Shown piece by piece: positions 11,904 through 24,405 of a stretch of 64,000 bases of DNA. The stretch covers positions 12,400,001 through 12,464,000 of the forward strand of contig OZ024755.1 in the NCBI GenBank assembly GCA_964016885.1, read 5' to 3'. The position numbers and the translations under genes were made by a program. Source of the stretch: Eledone cirrhosa (taxonomy: Eukaryota). Each line of letters opens with the position of its first letter. Within the stretch, counting starts at the first letter, position 1. Under the pieces are notes generated by a model. It was not told where the DNA came from and did no database searches. It saw only the letters and a program-made list of their open reading frames with translations.

Positions 11904-12599
11904 CATTTAACTCTTTTAACCATCTTTTGATTTTTTTATTATTTATACTCCAGTCCTATAAACTGTTGAGTGCTACTTATCCGATATTTGCATTGCTTTA
12001 TTGTGCTACAATAAAACTCACCACCTACATATTTATATATATATGTATATATATATATATATATATATTTATGAGAGAGAGAGAGAGATTGGGAATTACC
12101 AGTTTAGACTAGTAAAACCATGTTCAACTAAGTACTCGATACTTGGGGAAAGTAGAGTAAATGTCTTGTAAATAGCTTGTGTTCGTTAACGAGAGAGAAA
12201 GAGAAGGAGTAGAGAAGAGAGATAGAGAAAGAAAGAAGGAAAGAAAGAAGGAAAGAAAGAAAGAGAAAGAAAGAAAGAGAGAAAGAGCGAAAGAAAGAGA
12301 GGGAGTATTCGTGCTGTGGCGGGGTGTGTGGGTGAATGGCGGCATGTCTGTATAGGGTAATAGAGGTGTGTGTGTCCGTCGAAGAGGATATGAGTGTGTG
12401 AAGTTTTATGAGTGTGTGTGCGTATGTGAAGGATTGTGTGTGAAAGGTTGTATGCATGTGTAATGAATTATGTGAGCATTTTTGTAGTAGAGTATTTGAG
12501 CTTGTGTGTGTGTGAAAGGCTATGTGTATGTGGTTGGAAGGGGCATGTGTGTCTACGGGGAAGGGAGCCATTTAAGGGTAAGAGGGGTTGGAGGGATGT

Positions 12600-12982
12600 A
12601 TATCTTAAGGGTAAGGAGAAGGGTAAGGAGAAGGGTAAGGAGAAGGGTAAGGAGAAGGGTATGTGTGAGGGGAAGTTATGTGTGAGGGGAAGCTATGGGG
12701 ATGAGGTGTGAGGGGAGAGCTGTGTGTGTGTGTGTAAGGGGAGAGCTGTGTGTGTGAGGCGAGAGCTGTGAGGCGAGAGCTGTGTGTGTGTAGGGGACAA
12801 TTATATGTGTGTAGGGGAGAATTATATATGTAGGGGGAGAGCTATGTGTGTGTAGGGGGAGAGCTGTGTGTGTGGAGGGGACCTGTGTGTATGGGGGACC
12901 TGTGTGTGGGGGGACCTGTGTGTGGGGGGACCTGTGTGTGGGGGGGACCTGTGCGTGTGTGTGTGGGGGGACGTGTGCGCGT

Positions 12983-13013
<31 letters not shown>

Positions 13014-13065
13014 TTGTGCGTGGGGGGGGGGAGAAGAGTGTGTCTGTGTGTAAGTGTCTGTGTGT
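12600..13065. repeat. G/GT-rich minisatellites (AAGGGTAAGGAG; GGGGGACCTGTGTGT)
   Basis: Direct inspection. Confidence 0.85.
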
Positions 13066-13299
13066 GTATATATGCGTACGTTTGCTCCAATACCCACCAA
13101 TTGTACCTTTGTCTATAAGTGTAACTTGGCTTTGTCTTTCTTCTAAATTGAAGGTTAGATTCTTACGTACACACTCGACCTGCTAAAGATAACAACCAAA
13201 TTTACCTCATATCATGCCCTGCTGCCTTGCAAAAGAAGATCATACTGGATCGTAGAAACAGTATAGACGTATGTATGATTAAGTATAGACGTATGTATG

Positions 13300-13600
13300 A
13301 TTAAGCGGTTAAGAGGTTAGCTCCGCAATCATGAACTATCTGTGTAGGATATTGAGCAAGTATCTTAACCACAGCATCATGTGAAGCCAAACTTTGGGAT
13401 AGGAATTTCGGTAGACAGAGATCGTGGCGGAAGCCTGTCAGCTGGATTGTACCTATAATTCAAAAGGTGCAGCCATGCCACATACGTATTGTACCTTGTT
13501 GATTCAACTGAAGAATTACATTATCGGGGTGACGGGTATACGTGTCTGCGGAATACTCAACCACTAATACATGTCGATTCACGAATAATTGAGAGTGTCA
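13300..13600 (+). mobile_element. Degenerate SINE family B
   Basis: Shares gtacctgtaattcaaagg...gtgtctgtggaatactcaaccact blocks with 24440-24690, 25560-25880, 50715-51250, 53130-53280 and 57920-58130. Confidence 0.55.
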
Positions 13601-14929
13601 CAACCGAAAATACAGGGGCGGATAGACAGGAGTGGGGGGTCTAAAACAACAAATAATTTTGTTTAACTGAATTTCAAAATGAGAGGTTATGGCATGTAAA
13701 TTTATCTGGCTCTATATTTGAAATTGGACCCAACAAACAAACAAACAAATAAATAAAATAAATAAATAAATGAAATATAAATCTAACTGAATCAAGACGT
13801 AAATTGAACTACATGGCGTAACATTCCACTTAGACGAGTGTTGTTATTTATTTTACTTTTTGTAAGACCATCTCGCTTACTTTGCATGCGTCGACAGTTT
13901 TACGTACTTGAGGTTTCTTATTGAAATAATACCGATAATGTTTCGCCTTTATACTTCCCTTCACACATTTTTAACTGATTAGACAGGGAAAAACATAGGA
14001 AAAACATAGGAAAAACATAGGAAAAACATACGAAAAACATACGAAAAAACTACATTCAAAATCTCTCTCTCTTTCCCTCTGTCTTTTCTTGAAGAAATTG
14101 TTGAGTTCAGATTTGTAGAGAGAATGACTCAGCCACATTTAAATGCCCAAGATATGTCGTATGTCACTTCGGCCTCCCTACGACTCATCAAGAGTTAAGG
14201 GTCCCTGGATGAAGTGAAGTCATTCTTTGCTAACAAAATGGAAATGGATTAGCAGAATTGATAGAGCACCAGGAAAAATACTTAACCCTTTTAATACCAA
14301 ATCGCCCAAAACTGTCAGGGGATGGGAGGAAATTCGATTATCTCGACCACATTACATGATTATTACTTTATTTTATAGACCTTGGAAGGACGAGAACCAA
14401 CGTTGCCCTCGGAGGGATTTGGGCTCAAAATCTGAAGAACTTGAACATTTGTCCGACGCTCTCACGACTCTGCCAATCCACCGCCCTCAACAACAACAAC
14501 TAACATTGGTACATAGGCTGGATGTTAGAGCAGAGGGGACTTATAGTCGACTGAATCGGTTTGGTGTAGGCGGAGGGTGGATGAAAGGGGAGAGTTTATC
14601 CCAGTGAGATCTGAACTGAAATAATAAAAGAACCAAACAAAAAAACCGCAAGGTGTTATATAACACGCTCTGCTGATTCAACTAGTCACTCCCTCAGACA
14701 CACACCTGCTTTCATTTTTTTTAAATGTTCAATCTGATATGGTAGACATTTTGAAATTTATACAGGAAGAAAAGAAAACTAACGACCATATAATCCCAGA
14801 GGGAACAATTTGAAATTATAGAAACCTGTTAAAATAGGAAATATTGCTCTGGGTGCATTTTAACCACCTCCATACCCCAAAATAAACAACGACACAATAG
14901 TAACAAGTTCTTCTTTAGACTCAAGTCGA

Positions 14930-15280
14930 TAATATCGAACCTAGTACTTAACTGGGACTATTTTAATCGACCACCGAAAGGATGAAATGCAAAGCTGACC
15001 TCGGTTGGATTTGAACTCAGAACGTAGAGGGCCATAAATAAATCTTACAAAGTATTTTGTCCGACGCTCTAACGGTTCTACCAACCCTTACAATAACAAC
15101 AATAATAATAATTGTTTCTACATTTGGCACAAGGCCAGCAATTACCCCAGTGTATTACTGGCGATTTATTTTTAAGACCCTGTGAGGTTGAAAGGCAAAG
15201 TTAACCTCGGCGGGATTTGAACTCAGACCGTAACTATGCTGCAAAGCATAGCGTTCGATCCTCTGCCAATCCACCGCCCT
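14930..15280 (-). mobile_element. Two tandem SINE family A copies just 3' (transcript sense) of the SLCO exon
   Basis: Reverse-complement SINE bodies at about 14930-15090 and 15110-15280. Confidence 0.8.
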
Positions 15281-15328
15281 TATTTTCCAACAACAACAAC
15301 AACAATAATAACAATAGCAACTACTTAC

Positions 15329-15794
15329 CTATGTAGACAGGTGCTGTCCGAACTGATAAGTTCTCATCCAGGTAAGTTACTCCGAGTGTATAAAGAGGAG
15401 ATGCCCCGGCACCGTGTAGTAACTGACCGAAAAAGAAAAGGTATTTATAGTTCGATAATGTCTTCACTGATTCACCCATCACACAGTGAAGGACACTAGT
15501 ACCGTTCGATAATGAAGTCTCTGTACATATATTTTGTGTGGTGACATATTTATAGTTTCCACTGAGGAAATGTGGCAGACTGAACATAAATGAACCAATA
15601 CCCATCACAAACACCCCAATACCCAGATATCGAGGCTTGCGACCCAGCCCTCCAAAGTAGCTAATTGGTATAAGACACAAAACTGATGCTATATCGTAAC
15701 AGCTGGCAATAGTTCCTGATTCGGTACTCGACAAGTCGTAGCGCCGTTCGATATTCGAAATGACCACATTTACAAAACCGTTCACCACCATACC
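15329..15794 (-). CDS. SLCO4A1: Internal coding exon of a solute carrier organic anion transporter (OATP/SLCO, SLCO4A1-like), roughly TM1 end to TM4
   Basis: Translates as GMVVNGFVNVVISNIERRYDLSSTESGTIASCYDIAS...SLPHF...GQLLHGAGASPLYTLGVTYLDEN...PVYIG, carrying the OATP signature motifs. Acceptor ttcattaacAG|GGT (phase 0), donor G|GTAAGT at 15328 (phase 1). Assignment to 4A1 rather than 4C1 is by resemblance only. Confidence 0.93.
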
Positions 15795-16387
15795 CTGTTA
15801 ATGAAAGCGAAAAAAAAAGGGAAAAAAAAAAAATCAGTGATAAATATACAATAACATTTTATTTATGGAATATATCATGTAAATACAGTTTAATAGAAAA
15901 CAAAGTTCAGATTGAGAAGAATGGAATGTAAAATAGGAAAATGTAAAGACAAAAGAGAAAAAGAAAAAAAAAACGAAAACGGTAGAGAATGGGAAAGACT
16001 CTAGTGTCACGGAAATGGGGAGGGGAAGGGGGTATAATTGGGATCTGGGCCCAGGGCGCGGCGGTAAAGGGGATGCGCCCCTTAGACAAGATCGCAAAAG
16101 CATTCCCTCGGACAGCGACTCCTTTCGGTTAAGTTTATTTCGACTCAAGACTATGACAAAGGCATTTGTCCAAAATGCCACGCAGTAGGATCGAACCTGG
16201 AACGTCATGGTTTCGAATCGAATTTAACCAGTCAGCCATACTTAGGAAGTTACTCCATTAATCTACAAACCTAATTTAATTTATTGTCAGAGAGTCAACG
16301 TCAACTGGGAAGTAAAACTGCGCTGTAAATCCAACCTTAATGAACTTTCCAATAATGTACAAGAATGTCTCTCATTCATCTACATTG

Positions 16388-16668
16388 TTAACCCTTTCGT
16401 GACTATATTTCTAAAGTAATTAACTTTATTTCAATTAATTGCTCTTTCTTGACCGTATTTCTAATAAAATATACCATTTCAATTAATTAATGAAGAATAT
16501 TGAAAGATTTACCAAAATTGTGTCATTACTAACACAGTAAATTAACAAATGATTCTTATATAAAATTACGTTGGAAGATTAAAATTTAATTAGGAAGCCT
16601 TTGAATGGGAAGGATTGTTTCATAGAAGAAGAACTGGTTCTGACCAGATTGGTATCACAGGGTCAATA
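16388..16668. mobile_element. piggyBac-like MITE (TTAA-CCCTTT ends), degenerate; dispersed family
   Basis: TTAACCCTTT start. Related segments lie at 7662, 28288, 35705-35900 (ends AAAGGGTTAA), 56925, 57889 and 59420-59831. Confidence 0.5.
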
Positions 16669-16754
16669 CGTTTATGATGTCAAAGATAAACAAGAAACGA
16701 AAAAGAGAGACGAGAGTAATACGGATGGTTAAATTTAGGTTTGTATGGCATATA

Positions 16755-16900
16755 CAGGGTGGCGCTAAAGACACGCACCACTCTATCATCATTTCATTTG
16801 AAATGATGAACATTTATTACATTTACTTACAAAACTAACAAATATGAAGATAGTATAACAAAGTGTTATTCTACTGGTGCGTTACTTTTGCGCCACCTTG
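16755..16900. mobile_element. Tc1/mariner MITE with TA TSD
   Basis: TA-CAGGGTGGCGCTAAAGACACGCACCA ... TGGTGCGTTACTTTTGCGCCACCTTG-TA. Confidence 0.8.
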
Positions 16901-17550
16901 TATATCTCAGCTGCACCCTGCAGAAAAGGTAGTGAAAATAATTCAGCGGAAAAAACCAGGGGATACCCTCTGTATTTGTTACGCCACCGCTCGAGGCTTC
17001 TTCCTCGCGTGAGATACTCTCCATCCTCGCGTGAGATACTCTCCATCCCCGCGTGAGATACTCTCCATCCCCCTCCTCCAGATTTGACGGAGGAAAAATA
17101 CAGAGGTATCAATGACAACCGGCGTCTACTTCCAAAACCTGGTATTTACTTACCTTCCACTCCTTCGTGCATGCCCGAGCCACGACAAACCCGACAACTG
17201 CTAGAAAATAGAAATGCATTTTTAATGTGATTAAAAGTAACTATCCACTCCCTGTTTAGCTTCTGTCAGAAAGACTCCCTCAGTAAATAATAAAGTCATC
17301 AACCGAACTTATTTTACGACATGGTCTACTTCTACTCACATATTTCTCTGTATTTCAGGTGTTTCACCGGTTGACTGGAACGGATTTCACGCTTCTCCAA
17401 TCATATCCTCCCACTTGCTTTTTTACTGCTCAATGACACAGTAAGAGTCTCTCTCTCTCTCTCTAACACACACACACCTATATATATATATATCCTTACA
17501 CCTCTCAAATGCACAAACACCTGTGTGATATATATATACATTTATATATA

Positions 17551-17787
17551 TACAATAAATGTAATCTGAGTTTTTCGAATATTAATAATAACACTCGATT
17601 CGTTTGCAATTATACAAAGAAGCCTCATTTTTAAAGCCATGTCACTAGAAAGAATCCCTCCAACACAAGAGCACGAATGAAGGGTTCATTCTATTGACAT
17701 GGCTTTAAAATTGAGGCCTATTTGCATAATTGCAAACGAATCGAATGTTATTAACATTCGAAAAACTCGGATTACATTTATTGTATT
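17551..17787. repeat. About 100-bp-arm inverted repeat between (TA)n tracts
   Basis: tacaataaatgtaatctgagtttttcgaat...gccatgtca versus tgacatggc...attcgaaaaactcggattacatttattgta. No intact ribozyme core seen. Confidence 0.8.
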
Positions 17788-17831
17788 CAGCCATGTAGAG
17801 CGAAAATGATATATATATATATATATATATA

Positions 17832-17940
17832 TTAAAATAACAGATTAAAGTTTAAGCAAAGAATCGGTGCTTTCACCCTTAACGGGATCTTCTGAAACTT
17901 ATCGAGCACTCTTTGGATTTTAGTCTTCAAATTTATTATT
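17832..17940. mobile_element. (TA)n-embedded element family with a hammerhead-like CAGAAGA...GAAA segment
   Basis: Near-identical copies at 30710-30915, 34745-34870 and 44822-45180. Confidence 0.75.
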
Positions 17941-17964
17941 ATATATATATATATAGTGCAAATT

Positions 17965-18700
17965 TAGACGGGAACAAAACAGAGGCAGACAAATAAAGGT
18001 TTATTAGGTTCACGCTCTTGAGAGTGGGGGGAGGGGGGACGTTTCGGGCATAAGCCCTTCTTCAGGATAAGTAGGTTAGGAAGAGAGTTCCAAGGGTGTG
18101 TGGAAATACATTTAGAAAAAAGGGGAAGGAGAATAAATAAAAATAAACGTAAAAATAAACATAAGAATAAACAATAAGATGAACAAGTGGTGGAAGGGTG
18201 TGAGGCGTGTAAGGGTGGTGGCGGGTGGAGTTGGGCGAGGGAGGCGGGGAGTCGAAGTGGGGAAGGCTGAAGGTGGAGTTTGTGTATGTGTGTAGGTGTA
18301 TGTGAGGAAGAACGGGTTCCATGTTCAGGAAAAGGTGTGTGCGTGAGGTGGGGTGTAAGTCGGTGTGTGCGTGGGGTGGGGTGTAAGTCGGTGTGTGCGT
18401 GGGGTGGGGTGTAAGTCGGTGTGTGCGTGGGGTGGGGTGTAAGTCGGTGTGTGCGTGCGTGTGGATTCCGGAGGTTGAGTGTGTATATGTGGGGGTACGC
18501 ACATGTGTGTTTGTGTTTATATGTGGTGTGGATGTGGGTGGCGTGGTGCGAAAAAAAAAGTGAGTGTATGTTCGTGGGTAAGTTCCTGAGGTAGTTCCAT
18601 CGAGTGTGAGGAGAGGGCTGGATATTTTTCATGTTATGGAGTGGATGGCTGGAGAGATGTCCGGTGGTACACATACATACATCCTCGCACCAACACCATA
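17965..18700 (-). mobile_element. Probable Penelope-like element remnant with a minimal hammerhead core at about 18038-18066
   Basis: Minus strand CTGAAGAAGGGCTTATGCCCGAAACGTC, with a related copy at 7280-7350. Upstream degenerate peptide GHLSSHPLHNMKNI resembles the PLE RT-thumb S.HP.H.K..I motif (weak). Confidence 0.5.
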
Positions 18701-19778
18701 ACACCCATTTGTTTAAGTTGATCTTAAAGATTACTGAAAGAAAACCTCTAAAAAAGGTGAAGGGAGTAAAAAGTGAGTATATAACAGTAGAACTAACATA
18801 GCGTGATTCATAATAGAGGTATATATATGAAGACATACCCGATAATAAACATAAGTCTCGCTATGATGTCTTAAGTCGTGATCATAGCTTAAGACATTCA
18901 TAACGCGGCATATATGTTTATTAAACATACAGTATATGCCTTCATACTCACTTCTATTATGAATCACGCTGTGTTAGTGTTACTTTTAATTGCAAATGAG
19001 CATCTCCACTAGTAGTTTTATTTGCAAAAAGTTTATAGCTTATTCTTGTTTTAGTGCCGAGCAAGTAAGCGACACCGATGACGGATACAAATCCTGAAAT
19101 ATCAGTGTCTTTCATTGTATCGCAGATCAAACAGGAATAAAATCCCAGAGAAACAAAGCACAGAAAAAAATCCCACTTTTCTCTTGAGAAAACAATGTTT
19201 TAAGCGGAACCTAAATAATTTCATTGATTTTATAGATATAAGTTTCTAATGTTTAAAAAAAATTGTCCTTTTTATTCTATTTATGTATGCAACTATATTT
19301 TTGTTCATGGATTCGATCAACCAAGATAAACTTGGGGCTAAAACATACAAACAAACACCAGTAACTCATGTCCTCTCCTTTAAAAATGTTTCTCTATCAA
19401 CTTATGTTATCAGCAAGTAATTATAAAAAAAAAAAAAACGCGGTGGGGATTTTTTCCTAATTATTAAAGCATATTTAATTGAGTAATTAACTAATTAGCT
19501 AAGTATTATTTATCACGAAAATGAATAATTAGGTGGAATATGACAGACGTTTACATTTGTATTAATAAAATATGACAGAGCAGTAATTCCCCGAAACCCA
19601 GGTCACATTCTTCCACTCCCTCTTGCCAAACCCATGTCTCCTTAATCGCACTCCCATTTTGAATCAATCATTTATTAGAAATAAAGAAATTTGTAATTCA
19701 TCTACGTTTGTATATGAAAAGTGGGAAAAGGAGGAAAAACTGAAAAGAAAAGAGAAGAAACATTTTAATAGCGAAAAT

Positions 19779-20262
19779 AATGGTTTCTAGTATAAGCACA
19801 AGGCCAGCAATTTAGGGAGAGGGAAAAGTCGAGTTAATCGACCCCAGTACGTTACTGGTACTTTATTTTATCGACCCCGTAAGGATGAAAGGCAAAGTTA
19901 ACCTCGGCGGGTTTTGAACTCAGATCACAAAGGACCGTATCTCTATATTGCAAAGCATGGCGTCCGACCCTCTACCGATATTGCCAATCCACCGCCCTAG
20001 CATCGCGTCCGACCCTCTACCGATACTGCCAATCCACCGCCCTAGCATGGCGTCCGACTCTACCGATACTGCCAATCCACCGCCCTAGCATGGCGTCCGA
20101 CCCTCTACCGATACTGCCAATCCACCGCCCAAGCATGGCGTCCGACCCTCTACCGATACTGCCAATCCACCGCCCTAGCATGGCGTCCGACTCTACCGAT
20201 ACTGCCAATCCACCGCCCTAGCATGGCGTCCGACCCTCTACCGATACTGCCAATCCACCGCC
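19779..20262 (-). mobile_element. SINE family A with about 7 tandem copies of its 45-bp 5' head; 16-bp TSD
   Basis: Unit TAGCATGGCGTCCGACCCTCTACCGATACTGCCAATCCACCGCCC. TSD TTTTAATAGCGAAAAT at 19763-19778 and 20263-20278. Confidence 0.9.
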
Positions 20263-21781
20263 TTTTAATAGCGAAAATCATGTAAAAGGAAATGTCACTC
20301 GAATTATTATCGAGTAATTTTTTCACACAAACACCATATAAACGTGAGCAAACCTTTTAAACCTCAATAATTTTATAGTTCATTGGTTTTTCAGAGACCC
20401 GGGTCACATTCTTCTCCTTATAACCCCAAGTTTAAATTGTCATCTAGTAATTTTTCAAACAAAACTTACCAAGCTTTTCAAACCTTAATAATTGTATAGA
20501 CAGAAGCAGTTGTTTATGTATAAATTTATTTATGAAGTGTTAATTGCTCAGATCACTCACATAATTGGGTCTCTTTGTCAACATCATTTAATTTTACGTC
20601 CACTTTTCCCTGCTTGCAAGGGTGGGACGGGAACTGATTCTAGCTTGATTTCTACAGCTGGATGCCCTTCCTAACACCAACCTCATTTACAGTGAGTGCT
20701 GGGTGTTTTTTTTTCCGTGGCGCCTACACGTCCACTTTACAGTGTGGGCTGGGTGCTTTTTTGCCGTGGCACCTCCACGACCACTTTACAGTGGAATGAT
20801 AGGGACTGGAGTCCCTATCATCTCATTTCTACAGCTGAGTAAACTGGAGCAATGTGAAATAAAGTGTCTTGCTCAAGGAAACAACACATCACCCAGTCCG
20901 AGAATTGAACTCACAACCTTTCGATTACAAGGCCAATGCTCTAACCACTAAGCCATGTGCCTCTGTGTGTGTATATATATCTAACGAAATATCAATATAC
21001 CCAACTATATATATATATATATACTCTTACTTGAGTGTGGGGTTGTAATCACTTAAGGATGAGCCCTCGATATAAATATTTTCTATTTCGTAAAACATGG
21101 CAAACAGGTATATACCTTTATGCTAGTTTGCCATAAGTTTTACAGTATACATATATACACACAAACACACACATTATATATATATATATATACACACACA
21201 CACAGTTTACTAAAGTCACTGCTGTTATTTCAACGATCTCCGGCCATGATCCACTCACTCAATAAGCTTGCGGTTGTGAAGCTGCATCTCGATATTCAGA
21301 GTGCACAAATAATAGTAATATAGTGAGTACAACATATACATCTACACACACACACAGTACACTATTGTGTCCCGGTTTGTAATCCTCTAGAAATCGAAAT
21401 TCATCCCCTGGTCGCCAAGTAACCCCCATCCCACCCATCTAAGGAATGTTGTAGGGAGTGACAGAATGCATGAAAAAAGCAGATCAACAAATTTATTTTT
21501 TTCCTCAAACTAAACAAATTTAACCCCATCCCCCACTGTTCATTGCAGTTAATTACCCAGACACGTTATCTCTACAAACAACAGTGTATTTCTAGCAAGC
21601 AATTTAATATAATGAGTCTGTTGAGATATCTCCTGTATTTGCAGACTTTATCTAATTGTAACTTATCATTTAGCTCGTGTTTTTATAATTTACTTGCCAC
21701 ATATGTATTTCTCATTAATACTAACTACATTTAATATGTTAGTTAACACTGCCGGAGCTCAGCCGTCGGGGTCCTGAATTT

Positions 21782-21814
<33 letters not shown>

Positions 21815-21815
<1 letters not shown>

Positions 21816-22003
21816 CAAAGGAACCAGATGGACCATAACGCACCAGAATACTCAATACTTAGGGTAGTAGAGTGGGAAATAGGAAAAAGTATGACCCCGA
21901 CGGCAGAGCTCAAGCCGTTTCGACGGCTATTTCTGGACTACAATAGTCCAGAAATAGCCGTCGAAACGGCTTTAGCTCTGCCGTCGGGGTCATACTGTTT
22001 CCT
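21815..22003 (-). mobile_element. (TA)n-embedded palindromic element with the 3' half of a hammerhead; multi-copy family
   Basis: GAAAcggc(ttgagctct)gccgTC^ggggtc. Copies at 40446-40605, 44706-44803, 45373-45483, 45518-45630, 46291-46491 and 63585-63730. Confidence 0.8.
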
Positions 22004-22154
22004 ATATATATATATTTATTAATATATATATAATTAGAAAGTGAACAACACAATATATAACTACTCCATTACTAAAGGTTTCAGGACCCTAGACAATATT
22101 AACATGCGTCTAGTTCACTCATCAGACAGAGGGGTTATATAGAGGGGTTACTCC

Positions 22155-22236
22155 ATAACCCCTCTGTCTGATGAGCGAACTAGACGTATGTTAATATTAT
22201 CTAGGGCCCTGAAACCTTTGGTAATGGAGTAGTTAT
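22155..22236 (+). ncRNA. Type I hammerhead motif in palindrome 22031-22260 (mirror copy on minus, about 22056-22138)
   Basis: ataacccctctgt-CTGATGA-...-GAAA-cc(ttt)gg-TA^atggagtagttat. Confidence 0.65.
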
Positions 22237-23073
22237 ATATTGTTGTTCGCTTTCTAATTAAATAGCTCTGTTCTATACATAGAGCACTCTTTTTTCCGGA
22301 AATACTTTATATTATATATGGTATAGTTATATATTATATATGGTATAGATATACATAATATATATATATATATATATATAAACGTAATCCTGGTATGTGT
22401 ATATGCATTTTTTCTTCTAACTTTAATTTTATACTTAATTGTGTATGGTTGACGATATATTTAATCGATTTCCACGTGCTATTGAAATGCTGGGTAAATA
22501 TTCTATAGCTGTTGATCGCGAATAGATGGCTGTCGTTTATTTATCTACTATTTCTTCATAGGTGCCTTTTAATCTTATAGCCTGGTTTAATTGGTTTTTT
22601 GTGTGGTTGATTATGCTAATTGGGAGAGGAAATGGTGTATATATATTATCAAATGAGTCTATGGGCATACTTTATAGTATATATAATATATATACACACA
22701 CATACATATGCATACATACACACATATATATATAAACTTTTTCACGCGTTCTGCATTAAATATGTTAAGGCTAACTTAACTAAATGCTACCTGCTCGGTC
22801 GGGGTGGGTCTGGTGTTAAGCAATCATATGTAGCATTGAAAGAAGAAAAACAAAAACAGGGGTACACAGAGATGTACAAACAGACACAGAAGGGTTAAAT
22901 CTACAACTAAATTACATTTGCACTTCATATAAAGATATTTGCTGTGTGCGACATATGTAAACGTATGTTTATCGATTTGATGGAAATCTTAATAATCTTA
23001 ATCACATAATTATCTTAATACATTTTCCCACGAAAATATATATGTTGCGCGTGATGTTACCTTACATACACAC

Positions 23074-23245
<172 letters not shown>

Positions 23246-23804
23246 TGTTATATTTGGGGAGGGTCATATTGTTATAATATTGCCAGAAATAATAAAATAA
23301 CACATTCATTGTTTGGTTTGGGTTGGTTTGGTTTTCGCTTCTGTATCTTTTATATCTCCATAGTTAATTTATCTGGCAATCAATGTTATATAGCATATTT
23401 ACAGGTATTTGCACTTGAAAAGTTCCTCATCATGGCGAAAACCCGGGTTTGGTAGTTTATCGAAGACCCCAGCCACCCATACGTGACAGTCTTCTCTCCA
23501 CGAAACTCATGTTGTCTAAAGAAAAGGCAAATACCGCTTCTACAGCTTAGCACCAGTGTTGTCGCAGAATAACTCCGAACGCAAAGGAACGAAAAAGATA
23601 CTGCAAGGCATACTCTAATAGTGTTATCGATATGCCGCTCTGTACGGTTATTTATCGACCACAAGGTATTTTAATGTGATACCCTAATGACTTTACCAAT
23701 TCGCTGACCACATGTGATATATCACAGGTTTATACATAGCAATGACAAGAAAGAATTTGAGTTTAGCAACAAATAAAGCAACGGTTTTAATTCTTCTGTT
23801 CATA

Positions 23805-24154
23805 CATCTACAGATACCAATACTTGTGTTGTATCTTGGTGTCACTGGCTCTCACATCTACAGATACCAATACTTGTGTTGTATCTTGGTGTCACTGGCT
23901 CTCACATCTACAGATACCAATACTTGTGTTGTATCTTGGTGTCACTGGCTCTCACATCTACAGATACCAATACTTGTGTTGTATCTTGGTGTCACTGGCT
24001 CTCACATCTACAGATACCAATACTTGTGTTGTATCTTGGTGTCACTGGCTCTCACATCTACAGATACCAATACTTGTGTTGTATCTTGGTGTCACTGGCT
24101 CTCACATCTACAGATACCAATACTTGTGTTGTATCTTGGTGTCACTAGCTCTCT
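23805..24154. repeat. 50-bp minisatellite, 7 near-identical copies
   Basis: Unit CATCTACAGATACCAATACTTGTGTTGTATCTTGGTGTCACTGGCTCTCA, contiguous with no spacers. Confidence 0.95.
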
Positions 24155-24224
24155 CCCGGATCTCGTAAACAAATTGTATTACTCTCCTTGAAATTTAAAG
24201 TTGATTGTGGTCTGATTATATTAT

Positions 24225-24405
24225 TAGCAGTATCGGTAGAGGGTCGGACGCCATGCTTTGACGCATAGAGTTACGGTCCTTGCCATTCTGAGTTCAAATC
24301 CCGCCGAGGTTAACTTTGCCTGTCATCCTTTCGGGTCGATAAAATAAAGTACCAGTAATACACTAGGTAATTGCTGGCCTTGTGCCAAATGTAGAAACAA
24401 TTATT
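24225..24405 (+). mobile_element. SINE family A
   Basis: B box and conserved body and tail. Confidence 0.85.

Noticed and set aside
17964-18836. 290-aa minus-strand ORF as a host gene
   Set aside because: It is mostly a 28-bp tandem repeat and pyrimidine-rich tract running through a hammerhead/pLTR segment; at best a decayed retroelement.
19071-19109. Possible hammerhead gaca-CCGATGA-cgga..tcct-GAAAtatcagtgtc
   Set aside because: The stem I register does not place a UH directly before the paired strand, so it is too ambiguous to call.
23386-23664. ORF containing TYGWLG as the missing SLCO N-terminal exon
   Set aside because: The following residues are not OATP-like, there is no suitable donor, and the segment resembles the repeat at 7840-7940.
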